Below, one piece after another: positions 53,501 to 63,292 of a stretch of 64,000 bases of DNA; the stretch's first letter is position 1; each line of letters starts with the position of its first letter. The notes under the pieces were generated by a model. That model was not told the DNA's origin. It was given only the letters and a program-made list of their open reading frames with translations, and did not search any database. Source of the DNA: an uncultured Rhodobiaceae bacterium (GTDB lineage Bacteria; Pseudomonadota; Alphaproteobacteria; Rhizobiales; TMED25); NCBI GenBank assembly GCA_913030915.1, contig CAJWEW010000004.1, positions 22,313-86,312 on the forward strand. The letters run 5' to 3'. Both the position numbers and the translations under genes were made by a program.

Positions 53501-56296
53501 TTAAAAGTGTACAGATTGAGTATCTTTTATTAACCTATTATTTGGCGGAACAAATTTTGTAAGATTAATTCCTTCTACTGCAGCTTTATATTCTTCAATG
53601 TTTGGTGTTCGCCCTAATATTGCTGATAGAACAACGACCGGAGTTGAAGCAAGAAGTGACTCCCCTTTTTTTTCTTTTGAGTCCTCGACAACTCGGCCCT
53701 TAAAAAGTCTTGTTGATGTTGCCAACACAGTATCACCTTTTTCCGCTTTTTCCTGATTACCCATACATAAATTACAGCCAGGCCTTTCAAGATACAATAT
53801 ATTATCGTAATCTAATCGTGCCGTGTCCTTCGGTTTATCGTCATCAAACTCGAAACCAGAGTATTTTTGTAAGATAGCCCAATCACCCTCTTCAATAAGT
53901 TCGTCAATAATATTATATGTTGGCGCAGCCACAACGAGCGGAGCCTTAAACTTTACATCGCCGTTTGATTTTTCAAGGTTTTTTAGCATTCTTGCAACAA
54001 TCTTTATGTCACCTTTGTGCACCATACAAGAACCAACAAAACCTAAATCAACTTTTTTTTCAGATTTATAGTAGGAGATTGGCCTAATTGTATCATGGGT
54101 ATATCTTTTTGATACATCGATATTATTCACGTCAGGATCTGCTATCATTGGTTCGACTATTGCATCTAAGTCAACAATCACCTCTGCATAATATTTTGCA
54201 TTCTCATCAGGTTGTAATGCTTCAACCTTTTTATTTTCAATTTCACAAATTCTTCTGTCAGCAATAGACATAAGGTTTTCAAGCATGTTATTTTCATTAT
54301 CCATTCCCTTTTCGATCATAACTCTGATACGCTCTTTTGCTATGTTAAGGGACTCAATGAGTGTTTTATCTTGAGATATGCAAATTGCTGCTTTCGCTTT
54401 CATTTCAGCAGTCCAATCTGTAAATGTGAAAGCTTGATCTGATAATAGTGTTCCTATGTGTACTTCTATAATTCTTCCTTGAAATACATTTTCATTATGT
54501 TGTTGAAGCATCTGGGCCTGTGTTGCGTGAACCACATCTCTGAAGTCCATGTGATCTGCCATTTTTCCCTTAAATGTAACCTTTACTGATTCAGGAATCG
54601 GCATTGTTGCTTCCCCAGTTGCAAGCGCCAGAGCAACCGTGCCTGAGTCTGCTCCAAATGCCACTCCTTTTGACATGCGGGTATGCGAGTCCCCGCCAAT
54701 AACTATTGACCAGTCGTCTACAGTAATATCATTAAGGACTTTATGAATTACATCTGTCATGGGATGATATTTATTTTTTGGGTCACGCCCAGTTATTAAG
54801 CCAAATTCATTCATAAACTTCATCAATTTTGGAGTATTTTGTTGAGCCTTTATATCCCACACGGACGCTGTATGACATCCTGATTGGTATGCTCCATCAA
54901 TTGAAGGCGATATTGTAGTGGCTGCCATTGCTTCAAGTTCTTGAACAGTCATTGGACCAGTAGTATCTTGAGAACCAACAATATTTACTTTTACTCTTAC
55001 ATCAGATCCTGCGTGCAGAATTGTATCTGCAGGCATACCGACTGCATTTTTATTAAATATTTTTTCTACAGCTGTCAAACCTTGACTTGGATTCGAAATT
55101 ATTTTTGTTTCAGCGTAAGGCGAAACTAACTCAATACCCAGTATTTGACATGCTTGATTTTGAAGTTTTTTTCCAAAAACAACAGCATATGAGCCGCCAG
55201 CACGAATAAAATCGATATCCTGTTGTGTAAAAGAATTGGAAATATCAACCAACTCCTTAGTGCCATCAGCATTATAAAGTTTTTTAGTTTTTGTATTTAT
55301 TTTTAGTAAAGTGCCTGTGTCAACATTATAGGTTTGAGTCAAAACTGGGTTTCCGTCATTATTTAAAATTTGTTCTTTATTTTCATCTAGAGCTTTAACC
55401 CAGTTTTTTAAATCAATGCCAATACCACCGGTTACACCAATTGTAGTTTGGAATATTGGTGAAACTCCATAAGATCCTGCAACAATTGGCGCAATATTTA
55501 CAAATGGTACATATGGACTTGCACTCTTTCCAGTCCAAAGTGCAACATTGTTAACTCCAGACATCCTAGAGGATCCAACCCCCATAGTACCTTTTTCAGC
55601 AACCAGCATAATACGCCTGTTTGGATACGCCTCTTTCAATTCTAAAATTTTTCTTTGAGCATCCTCGGATATGAAACATTTACCATGTAATTCTCTATCT
55701 GATCTTGAATGAGCTTGATTACCCGGCGAGAGTAGATCTGTTGAAATATCTCCTTCAGCAGCTACATAAGTAACCACATCGATCTCTTCCTCTATTTCTG
55801 GAAGGCTTGTGAAGAATTCTGCTTTTGAGTAACTAATTAGGATCTCTTTTGCAATATTATTCCCATTTTCATAGCTTTCTCTGACACGGTCAATATCTGC
55901 CTCATATAGAAATATTTGTTTCTTTAATATTTTTGCTGCTTGTCTTGCAACTTCCAAGTCTTTTCCGAGGGCTAGATCAATCAATACTTCTATTGATGGC
56001 CCGCCTTTCATATGCGAAAGTAATGTAAAAGCGAATTCAGGAGTTATTTCTTTTAATTTAAATTTACCCGTAATAATTTCTTTTAACAGTTTCGCTTTTT
56101 CAATAGCCGCACTTGTAGTTCCCGGTAAGGTGTTGTAAATGAGAAAGTTTATACAATTTTCTCTTTCATTACTTATGGGATTTTTGATATGTGTTATAAG
56201 TTCTTTTAATAGCTTACCATCGTCAATAGGTTTTGGTTGTAATCCTTCTGATTTTCTATTTTCTATTTCTGTCAAATAGGTTTTGTAGAGGTCCAT
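53501..56296 (-). CDS. acnB: Aconitate hydratase 2 / 2-methylisocitrate dehydratase (AcnB type)
   Basis: The N-terminus MDLYKTYLTEIENRKSEGLQPKPID parallels E. coli AcnB MLEEYRKHVAERAAEGIAPKPLD. It also carries GSQDTTGPMT, GGDSHTR, GSCM and PGCNLCMGNQ. I placed the start at the ATG at 56296 (931 aa) rather than the TTG at 56323. Confidence 0.92.
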   Translation of the reverse strand: MDLYKTYLTEIENRKSEGLQPKPIDDGKLLKELITHIKNPISNERENCINFLIYNTLPGTTSAAIEKAKLLKEIITGKFKLKEITPEFAFTLLSHMKGGPSIEVLIDLALGKDLEVARQAAKILKKQIFLYEADIDRVRESYENGNNIAKEILISYSKAEFFTSLPEIEEEIDVVTYVAAEGDISTDLLSPGNQAHSRSDRELHGKCFISEDAQRKILELKEAYPNRRIMLVAEKGTMGVGSSRMSGVNNVALWTGKSASPYVPFVNIAPIVAGSYGVSPIFQTTIGVTGGIGIDLKNWVKALDENKEQILNNDGNPVLTQTYNVDTGTLLKINTKTKKLYNADGTKELVDISNSFTQQDIDFIRAGGSYAVVFGKKLQNQACQILGIELVSPYAETKIISNPSQGLTAVEKIFNKNAVGMPADTILHAGSDVRVKVNIVGSQDTTGPMTVQELEAMAATTISPSIDGAYQSGCHTASVWDIKAQQNTPKLMKFMNEFGLITGRDPKNKYHPMTDVIHKVLNDITVDDWSIVIGGDSHTRMSKGVAFGADSGTVALALATGEATMPIPESVKVTFKGKMADHMDFRDVVHATQAQMLQQHNENVFQGRIIEVHIGTLLSDQAFTFTDWTAEMKAKAAICISQDKTLIESLNIAKERIRVMIEKGMDNENNMLENLMSIADRRICEIENKKVEALQPDENAKYYAEVIVDLDAIVEPMIADPDVNNIDVSKRYTHDTIRPISYYKSEKKVDLGFVGSCMVHKGDIKIVARMLKNLEKSNGDVKFKAPLVVAAPTYNIIDELIEEGDWAILQKYSGFEFDDDKPKDTARLDYDNILYLERPGCNLCMGNQEKAEKGDTVLATSTRLFKGRVVEDSKEKKGESLLASTPVVVLSAILGRTPNIEEYKAAVEGINLTKFVPPNNRLIKDTQSVHF

Positions 56297-56439
56297 CTTA
56301 CACACTGTATATATAGTAAACAATCATGTTTCACTATTAAGTTTTACCACGATAGAATAGACATTCAAGTATATTTTGATAGTATGAGAATTTAAAGGTA
56401 AATTTGAAATTTTAAATATAATTATCAAAAAACGAAGAA

Positions 56440-57042
56440 ATGAAGTTAAGCATAAATGGGCTAAGTTTCTCATATGAAGATAAAAAAATCTTCGATGGGC
56501 TATCTCTAAATTTATCATCCGAAAACATATCAGTACTAATTGGGCAAAATGGGGTTGGTAAATCAACGTTATTGAGAATAATTGCAGGATTAGAAGAGCA
56601 GGATAAAGGTCAGGTAACGCTGTGGCATAATTCAAATGGCCAAATCCCAATTAGAGAAAATATCTCATATTTAGGACATAAGCTTGCACTCAAGGAGGAT
56701 CTTTCAGTTCAAGAAAATATCAATTTTTGGAAAAAATTTTATAACTGCATGTCACCTGATGCTGATTATAAAGAACTTGGACTCGAAGGATTACGTCACC
56801 AAAAAATCAGAGATTTATCGCAAGGTCAGAGAAAAAAAGTTGCTTTACTTAGGATTGTAATGGCAGACAAAAAGATTTGGTTACTTGATGAGCCTCTTTC
56901 AAATTTAGATGAGCAGGCTGCAAATTATTTTAAAAATAAATTAATGTCAAAAGTTTCTGATCATAAGCTGATATTGGTTACATCTCATCAAAGACTCAAT
57001 ATGAAAAATGAGTCTTGTATTTATATTGGGGAAAAAGTATGA
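56440..57042 (+). CDS. ccmA: Heme exporter ATP-binding protein CcmA
   Basis: The 200-aa ORF has Walker A GQNGVGKST, signature LSQGQRKKV and Walker B WLLDEP. It is the first gene of the ccm cluster. Confidence 0.85.
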   Translation: MKLSINGLSFSYEDKKIFDGLSLNLSSENISVLIGQNGVGKSTLLRIIAGLEEQDKGQVTLWHNSNGQIPIRENISYLGHKLALKEDLSVQENINFWKKFYNCMSPDADYKELGLEGLRHQKIRDLSQGQRKKVALLRIVMADKKIWLLDEPLSNLDEQAANYFKNKLMSKVSDHKLILVTSHQRLNMKNESCIYIGEKV

Positions 57043-57707
57043 GGCAATTTTATTCAGTTATTCGTCGTGATCTATCTATTTATTTTGAGAGAAAATCGAC
57101 CTTTGTAATGGCAATAGCTTTTTTCCTTATAATATCTGCGCTTTTACCAATTGGCATCGGACCAAATCTTGATTTATTGGAACTTATATCGCCAGGGCTT
57201 TTGTGGATTGCTTTTTTATTGTCAATTTTATTGAACATCTCACATGTCTTTGAGGGTGATTACAAGGATGGCTCACTTGACCTACTTATACTAGAGTCTG
57301 ATTTGCCAGAGCTTATGCTTGTTAGTAAGATTATTAGTTTTTGGTTATTAATTATCCTACCTGTCATCATTTTCTTACCACTTGGAGGTATTATGTTAAA
57401 TATGCAACCAAACGACTTAATTAAAATAATCTTTTTAATTATAGTTAGCAGCCCATGTATGATTTTGATTGCCTCTATTGGTTCTGCAATTGCGATAAGA
57501 ATGAATAATACAGGATTATTAGTAACACTTCTGGTCACCCCTTTTTATGTTCCAATTTTAATAATTGGTACACTGCCATTTGTGGAAAATGATGTTCTGG
57601 ATTTTTCTTTTTTCAGATCATCTATGTTACTTGGTGCTGCAACTCTATTTACACTTGCAATTATCCCGTTTTTAGTGACGTATATACTCAGAGTAAATAG
57701 TGAATAA
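57039..57707 (+). CDS. ccmB: Heme exporter membrane protein CcmB
   Basis: Polytopic membrane protein. The ATG at 57039 forms an ATGA overlap with the ccmA stop, and the ORF-track TTG at 57015 is less likely. Its position between ccmA and ccmC fits. Confidence 0.85.
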   Translation: MRQFYSVIRRDLSIYFERKSTFVMAIAFFLIISALLPIGIGPNLDLLELISPGLLWIAFLLSILLNISHVFEGDYKDGSLDLLILESDLPELMLVSKIISFWLLIILPVIIFLPLGGIMLNMQPNDLIKIIFLIIVSSPCMILIASIGSAIAIRMNNTGLLVTLLVTPFYVPILIIGTLPFVENDVLDFSFFRSSMLLGAATLFTLAIIPFLVTYILRVNSE

Positions 57708-57727
57708 AGGCATGAGGAGATTTTATT

Positions 57728-58441
57728 TTGAACTTACTTAACCCAAATCAATTGCTTAGGAATATAAATAGATTTTCAAATTTAGTATTCTTTACTGGGA
57801 TAGTTGCTCTGACTATTGGCCTCTATTTTGCTCTCATTGTTGCTCCAAATGATTATCAGCAAGGTATAATGGTCAAAATCATGTATCTACATGTCCCTTC
57901 TGCGTGGTTAAGTCTCGGTATATATTCATCAATATCTGTGATGAGCTTACTATATCTGATAACAAAGACACCCGTTAGCGCTTTGATTAGTAAGTCATTA
58001 GCGCCAATTGGTCTTATGTTTACATCAATTGTGCTGATATCTGGTATTTTTTGGGGCAGGCCAATGTGGGGTGTTTGGTGGGTTTGGGACGCAAGACTAA
58101 CCTCGGTTTTACTACTTTTTTTTATATATCTTGGGCTTATTCTGATATACCGAATGGATGGCAAAAGAAATAGTTATCTTAAAATCGCCTCTGTCTATGC
58201 ACTATTGGGTTTTATAAATATACCAATTGTAAAATATTCTGTTGACTGGTGGAACACCCTTCATCAACCTGCAAGTGTGATACGGATGGATGGGCCAACG
58301 ATTCATTATTCGATGCTTTATCCCTTATTGTTTGTATTTTTTGGATTTTGTTTAATTTCTCTATATTTTTTATCACAAACATTGAAGTTAGAAATATTAA
58401 ATAATAAATTCAAAGCACGGCGTATAAAAGAGAAATATTAA
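57728..58441 (+). CDS. ccmC: Heme exporter/heme lyase subunit CcmC
   Basis: The 237-aa ORF has the Trp-rich WWD motif WGRPMWGVWWVWDARLTS and conserved His residues (YLHVPSAW, NTLHQ). Confidence 0.9.
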   Translation: MNLLNPNQLLRNINRFSNLVFFTGIVALTIGLYFALIVAPNDYQQGIMVKIMYLHVPSAWLSLGIYSSISVMSLLYLITKTPVSALISKSLAPIGLMFTSIVLISGIFWGRPMWGVWWVWDARLTSVLLLFFIYLGLILIYRMDGKRNSYLKIASVYALLGFINIPIVKYSVDWWNTLHQPASVIRMDGPTIHYSMLYPLLFVFFGFCLISLYFLSQTLKLEILNNKFKARRIKEKY

Positions 58442-58447
58442 ATATAA

Positions 58448-58591
58448 ATGGAAGAATTATATATCTATTTTATCCTAGCTTCCTTTGGGTCAGCTGCCAT
58501 TATAATCTTAAGCTATTATATTTATTTAAGAATATCGCTAAAGGATATAGAAGAAAAAATAAGTCAGAAGGACGATGATCTTGAGCTATAA
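58448..58591 (+). CDS. ccmD: Heme exporter protein CcmD (47 aa, not in the ORF track)
   Basis: Manual translation: MEELYIYFILASFGSAAIIILSYYIYLRISLKDIEEKISQKDDDLEL. It has a single TM segment and a charged tail, sits at the canonical position between ccmC and ccmG, and overlaps the ccmG start by 17 nt. Confidence 0.6.
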   Translation: MEELYIYFILASFGSAAIIILSYYIYLRISLKDIEEKISQKDDDLEL

Positions 58592-59132
58592 TCGTAAAAG
58601 TCTGTTATATTCAATACTGGTAATAACGTTCCTATTTGTGATATTTTTTTTCTACTATTCACTTCAAAAACATGACCAAAATGGCATGAGGGTCAAAGTT
58701 CCGATAGCTGTCGGCAAGCAACTGCCCGTAATTAGATATCCTGATACGGGTTATAATGGAGCCATTTTTAATGGCTTCACAAAATCAGATCTGCAAGAAA
58801 ATGAAATTTCTGTATTAAACATCTGGGCATCCTGGTGTACGCCATGCAGAGCTGAACATGAGATTTTGATGAAAATTAAAGATCAAGATATACCAATATA
58901 TGGGATAAACTATAGAGATAAACTTGAAAACGCGGTTAAATTCCTGGATGAGCTCGGGAACCCTTTCACGGGATTAGGATTTGATTTTGATGGCGTATCC
59001 GCAATTACATTAGGTGTTTATGGTATCCCAGAGACATATGTAATTGATAGCAATGGAGTTGTACTAAATAGACATATTGGTCCCCTCACAACAAAAGAAT
59101 TGGAAGAGATTAGCTCATTCTTGAATAGATGA
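58575..59132 (+). CDS. ccmG: Thiol:disulfide oxidoreductase CcmG/DsbE
   Basis: The 185-aa ORF has an N-terminal TM anchor, the thioredoxin motif WASWCTPCRAEH, and GVYGIPETYVID. Confidence 0.85.
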   Translation: MILSYNRKSLLYSILVITFLFVIFFFYYSLQKHDQNGMRVKVPIAVGKQLPVIRYPDTGYNGAIFNGFTKSDLQENEISVLNIWASWCTPCRAEHEILMKIKDQDIPIYGINYRDKLENAVKFLDELGNPFTGLGFDFDGVSAITLGVYGIPETYVIDSNGVVLNRHIGPLTTKELEEISSFLNR

Positions 59133-59191
59133 GAAATAAGATTTACCATTTTTCATAATCGATTATAATTACACTTATTTTAAAAAATAGG

Positions 59192-59527
59192 ATGAGTGAA
59201 ATGATATATGAATTGAGAATTTACCACTGTACGCCGGGCTGCCTTCCAAAAGTCTTGGATAGATTTCAAAATGTTGTATTTGGATTTTGGGAAAAATATG
59301 AAATAAAACAGGTTGGTTTTTGGACAACATTAATAGGAGAGTCAAATATGGATATTACATATTTGCTGGAGTGGGACTCACTCGCAGAAAGAGAAGAGAA
59401 GTGGAATGCATTTCAAGCAGACCCCGAATGGATTAAGAGAAGGGCGGAGACAGAGCCAAATGGGCCATTAGTTTCATCATATTCTAATCAGATTTTACAG
59501 CCGACGGCTTTTTCAAATCTAAAATAA
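59192..59527 (+). CDS. NIPSNAP family protein
   Basis: The 111-aa ORF carries IYELRIYHCTPG and VGFWTTLIGESN, which are typical of NIPSNAP domains. Confidence 0.7.
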   Translation: MSEMIYELRIYHCTPGCLPKVLDRFQNVVFGFWEKYEIKQVGFWTTLIGESNMDITYLLEWDSLAEREEKWNAFQADPEWIKRRAETEPNGPLVSSYSNQILQPTAFSNLK

Positions 59528-59554
59528 ATACAGCAGTCAAATATAGGAGGGTTA

Positions 59555-59884
59555 ATGTCAACAAAATTAAATGAAAAAACAAGTCATTTGGCGTCAGAAA
59601 GGAAGATTGCATCACACAATGTATTACTAGAAAATGATGAGATGATTGTAACTCATTGGGTTTTAAAACCGGGTGAACAAACTGGATGGCATCTACATGA
59701 GATGGATTATATGCCCATTCAATTATCTCAGGGTAAGTTGATGTTCGAGTTTCCAGATGGTTCAACTAAAGAAATAGATTATGTTCCAAGAACTGCCTCA
59801 ATTATTAAGGCTCCACTTGAACACAACGCAATAAATACAAGTGATAAGGACGTTATTGCACTGGAAATTGAATTTAAAAACTAA
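59555..59884 (+). CDS. Cupin domain protein
   Basis: The 109-aa ORF has the cupin motif-1 region GEQTGWHLHEMDY and a later HNAIN. RBS AGGAGGG lies upstream. Confidence 0.6.
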   Translation: MSTKLNEKTSHLASERKIASHNVLLENDEMIVTHWVLKPGEQTGWHLHEMDYMPIQLSQGKLMFEFPDGSTKEIDYVPRTASIIKAPLEHNAINTSDKDVIALEIEFKN

Positions 59885-59901
59885 TTTATCATTAATTCTC
59901 A

Positions 59902-60672
59902 ATGCCAGATACAGAAAAACTGAAGGACAAAGTTGCAATAGTAACGGGGGCTGCTCAAGGCCTCGGTGAAGAGATAGCTATTGAGTTTGCTGAACAGGGA
60001 GCACACATTATCTTAATTGACATAAATCAAAAAGAAGCACGGAGAGTTAATAATTTACTTCGTAAAAAAAATTCTTATGTTGATTTCGTCATCACTGATG
60101 TTTGTGACTCGAAAGATGTAAACAAAACAATTAATGATATTGCTAAGAAATATAAAAAAATAGATATATTGGTTAATGCAGTTGGTGGCTTTGATAAATT
60201 AGACTCCATTGAAAATATAAACGATCAAGAGTGGCTTAAGGTGATTGATTTAAATTTAAATTCTGCATTTTATTGCACACGAGCCGTTTTTCCTATTATG
60301 AAAAAAAATAGGTTTGGAAGAATTATTAATATTTCATCTGGAGCTGGTCTCGCACCGAATCCGCATGCGCCATCATACATCCCATATGGTGCAGCCAAGG
60401 CTGGTTTATTGGGGATGACAAAGTTATTGGCCAGAGATGCTGGAGAATTTGGGATTACAGTCAATGCGCTAGCTCCCGGTACAGCATTAACTTCCCGTGT
60501 AAAAAAAGTTAGAGATGCAAAGAGTATTGAGAATATTGCCAAAATGAACCCAATGAGGAACTTAATTGATCCTATTGACTGCGCAAAGGCTGCACTTTTT
60601 CTTGCGTCCGAGGACGCCAGATATATTACTGGTGTGACATTAATGGTAAATGCAGGAAATTTGATATTTTAG
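59902..60672 (+). CDS. Short-chain dehydrogenase/reductase (FabG-like)
   Basis: The 256-aa ORF carries VAIVTGAAQGLGEEIA, NAVG and YGAAK (YxxxK). Confidence 0.85.
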   Translation: MPDTEKLKDKVAIVTGAAQGLGEEIAIEFAEQGAHIILIDINQKEARRVNNLLRKKNSYVDFVITDVCDSKDVNKTINDIAKKYKKIDILVNAVGGFDKLDSIENINDQEWLKVIDLNLNSAFYCTRAVFPIMKKNRFGRIINISSGAGLAPNPHAPSYIPYGAAKAGLLGMTKLLARDAGEFGITVNALAPGTALTSRVKKVRDAKSIENIAKMNPMRNLIDPIDCAKAALFLASEDARYITGVTLMVNAGNLIF

Positions 60673-60673
60673 A

Positions 60674-61666
60674 TCAAATTTTTACCCATTTTTGGTCTTT
60701 TATCGATTTGTCCATCGCTTCCAGAATTGCCACATTTTCAATTTTTTCCTGATTTGTGAACCGATAATTCGCCTTACCCTGAGTTGCCATGGCCCATTCT
60801 TCCAAGTTGGATTTAATAATGTCTGTCGCTGGAAATAAATCTTTTTTTGGTTCTGCCCCAATTTCGCAAAATGATAATTCGGTTTCGGCCTTAAACATCG
60901 GGTGTTTTAAATCTCTTACTTCAGCCCACATTTTATCGCCAAAAGCAGTTAGTCTACAATAATATGGTGTTTTAGATATGACTGATAATTGGCCCGTTGC
61001 ACCGTTTTTAAATTTCATTTGTACCGTCGATAGATCACCAGTCTCAAACCCCAAAACTTGGTTAGAGGATTGCGCAAAAAGACCTTCAACACTCCCAAAC
61101 ATTGAAAGGAAAAGATCCGTCATATGCACACCAGTTCCTGTCATCCCACCCGCAGGCGCTTCAAATGAAGAGCCTCTCCAATTATTATCGTCGAGTGATG
61201 CTAAAATATCGTGCGACCAATTAGCTTCTATATGCATTTTCTCACCAAATGAGTCGTCATCAATGATAGATTTTAGCTTCACGATCGCCGGGTCGTATCG
61301 TCTTTCATGCCCAATACCGATGATATAGTTATTTTCATCTGCAATTCGTATCATATTTTCTGCTGAGCTTCGACTAAGAGCCATTGGCTTTTCACAAAAG
61401 ACCTGTTTTTTTGCTTTGATAGCTAATCTTAGTTGATCTTCATGCTGAGAATTTGGCGTGCAGATAATTATTGCATCAATATTATCGTCCTCTAGCATTT
61501 GTTCATAAGTTGGAAAGGCATTAATTTTATTTTCTTCTAGGTATTTTTTATGTTTTTCCATTGTTCTTGAAGAAGCCGAAGTAACTCTTATTTTATTACT
61601 ATCCTCTAATGTATCTATGATTAGTTTTCCCCACCAACCCAATCCAAGTAGACCTGCATTTATCAT
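60674..61666 (-). CDS. Gfo/Idh/MocA family oxidoreductase
   Basis: The 330-aa ORF has an N-terminal Rossmann fold (INAGLLGLGWWG) and the EKP motif (VFCEKPMAL). Confidence 0.8.
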   Translation of the reverse strand: MINAGLLGLGWWGKLIIDTLEDSNKIRVTSASSRTMEKHKKYLEENKINAFPTYEQMLEDDNIDAIIICTPNSQHEDQLRLAIKAKKQVFCEKPMALSRSSAENMIRIADENNYIIGIGHERRYDPAIVKLKSIIDDDSFGEKMHIEANWSHDILASLDDNNWRGSSFEAPAGGMTGTGVHMTDLFLSMFGSVEGLFAQSSNQVLGFETGDLSTVQMKFKNGATGQLSVISKTPYYCRLTAFGDKMWAEVRDLKHPMFKAETELSFCEIGAEPKKDLFPATDIIKSNLEEWAMATQGKANYRFTNQEKIENVAILEAMDKSIKDQKWVKI

Positions 61667-61758
61667 TTTTAACTCACTTATTAAATTCCATTATTGTTAT
61701 TAAAGTTACTTGATATTATAGTATGATTTAACAATTATCAATTAAGTTGGAGACAGTA

Positions 61759-62796
61759 ATGAAAGCGTTAGTTTTGGAGTCAAAAGGAGCACCATTTGTT
61801 TACAAGGACGTAAAAGATCCTGTACCAAATGATAACGAAGCTGTCGCAAAGATCATCGCCTGTGGCTCTGGGCTTACTATCCAACATGTTCGTGCTGGTC
61901 GGATCGAAGTGGATTACCCAAGAATTATTGGGCATGAAATAACAGCAGTAATTGAAGAGGTCGGGAAGAATGTTACAAATCTCAAGGTCGGTGACGCCGT
62001 AACAGCTTATTTCTATCTGACTTGTGGGAATTGTAAATGGTGTAACAATAATAGAGAGACATTGTGTGAAAATTTTGGTGGCTATGTTGGCAGAGAGATT
62101 GATGGGGCATATGCAGAGTATATGAAACTCCCTGCAGAAAATTTTTTAAAAATTCCTGAAGCACTTGATTGGAAGAAAAATCCTGCGGAGATTGCTGTAA
62201 TCTGTGACGCTATTGCCACTCCATTCAAAGTAATACGGCATGCATCAGTTAAAACGCAAGACACAGTCGCAATAATAGGAGCAGGAGGTGGTCTTGGTAT
62301 TCATATGATTATGATGGCTAAATGGGCAAATAGTACAGTCATTGCCGTTGATATAGCTAGTGATAAATTTGGCGCATGCAAACAAGTTGGAGCTGATATA
62401 TGTATTAATCCAAGGGACCATAACGATAATCAGGTATTTTATGACTATACAAAAGGAATGGGGGTTGATGTCGTTATAGATTTTGTTTCAAGCAATGAGT
62501 CATTAAATTTAGGCTTCTCAATTTTAGCTCGGGGAGGAAGGCTTGTCACTTTAGGCGGGGGTGGGCCACAAAATGCTGTTACGGCGTTTGCAGGTGATTT
62601 ATTAAATAAAGAGGCTATTGTCATGGGCAGCCGCTACGCGACAAAGCAAGAGGTGATTGACTCTTTGGAGCTTGTAGCAAGAGGCGATGTCTGGCCATTA
62701 GTGACGGATGTTAGAGATATGTCTCAGGCAGAAAAGTTACATTCCTTGGTTGAGGATGCAAAAGTAACGGGTCGTGCAGCCTTACTAATTAAATAA
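61759..62796 (+). CDS. Zinc-dependent alcohol dehydrogenase family (MDR) oxidoreductase
   Basis: It has GHEITAVIEEVG (catalytic zinc), the structural zinc cluster CGNCKWCNNNRETLC, and the Rossmann motif IIGAGGGLG. I placed the start at the ATG at 61759, which is preceded by GGAGA. Confidence 0.85.
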   Translation: MKALVLESKGAPFVYKDVKDPVPNDNEAVAKIIACGSGLTIQHVRAGRIEVDYPRIIGHEITAVIEEVGKNVTNLKVGDAVTAYFYLTCGNCKWCNNNRETLCENFGGYVGREIDGAYAEYMKLPAENFLKIPEALDWKKNPAEIAVICDAIATPFKVIRHASVKTQDTVAIIGAGGGLGIHMIMMAKWANSTVIAVDIASDKFGACKQVGADICINPRDHNDNQVFYDYTKGMGVDVVIDFVSSNESLNLGFSILARGGRLVTLGGGGPQNAVTAFAGDLLNKEAIVMGSRYATKQEVIDSLELVARGDVWPLVTDVRDMSQAEKLHSLVEDAKVTGRAALLIK

Positions 62797-62823
62797 AATA
62801 TAAAAGGGTATTGCGAGGGAAAA

Positions 62824-63279
62824 ATGAAAGAACTTAATGTCTACTTATCAGGGGAGATACATACAGACTGGAGAGATCAGATCGTCTCCATAACGGAAAA
62901 AAAAGGATTGAATGTTGAATTTACAAGTCCAGTTACAATACATGAAAATAGCGATGATTGTGGCGTTAGCATACTTGGTGAAGAAAAACAATCATTCTGG
63001 CATGATCATAAAGGTGCAAAAATAAACGCCATAAGGACAAGGAACTTAATCCAAAAAGCTGATCTAGTTGTTGTACGATTTGGTGAAAAATATAAGCAGT
63101 GGAATGCGGCATTTGATGCAGGATATGCGCATGGTTTAAATAAGCCCTTAATTATTATGCATGATGATCAACATGCGCATGCACTCAAAGAGGTAGATGC
63201 GGCAAGTCTTGCCGTAACCCAAACTCCTGAACAAGTTGTAAAGATAATCAATTATGTAATAAATGGTAAGTTAGATTAA
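62824..63279 (+). CDS. YtoQ family protein (nucleoside 2-deoxyribosyltransferase-like fold)
   Basis: The 151-aa ORF carries VYLSGEIHTDWR and FGEKYKQWNAAFDAGYA, matching my memory of the YtoQ family. Confidence 0.65.
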   Translation: MKELNVYLSGEIHTDWRDQIVSITEKKGLNVEFTSPVTIHENSDDCGVSILGEEKQSFWHDHKGAKINAIRTRNLIQKADLVVVRFGEKYKQWNAAFDAGYAHGLNKPLIIMHDDQHAHALKEVDAASLAVTQTPEQVVKIINYVINGKLD

Positions 63280-63292
63280 GTAAAACATGTAA

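Noticed and set aside
56297-56439. Iron-responsive operator (Fur, Irr or RirA box) in the acnB-ccmA divergent spacer, for example GAAT-N4-ATTC at about 56367-56378 and TTGATAGTATGAGAATTT.
   Set aside because: These are only short partial matches in A/T-rich DNA, and none reaches a convincing fraction of any consensus I know.
56324-56650. A 108-aa minus-strand ORF covering the acnB-ccmA spacer and the start of ccmA.
   Set aside because: It overlaps the well-supported ccmA N-terminus (Walker A) on the other strand. It has hydrophobic low-complexity composition and no RBS.
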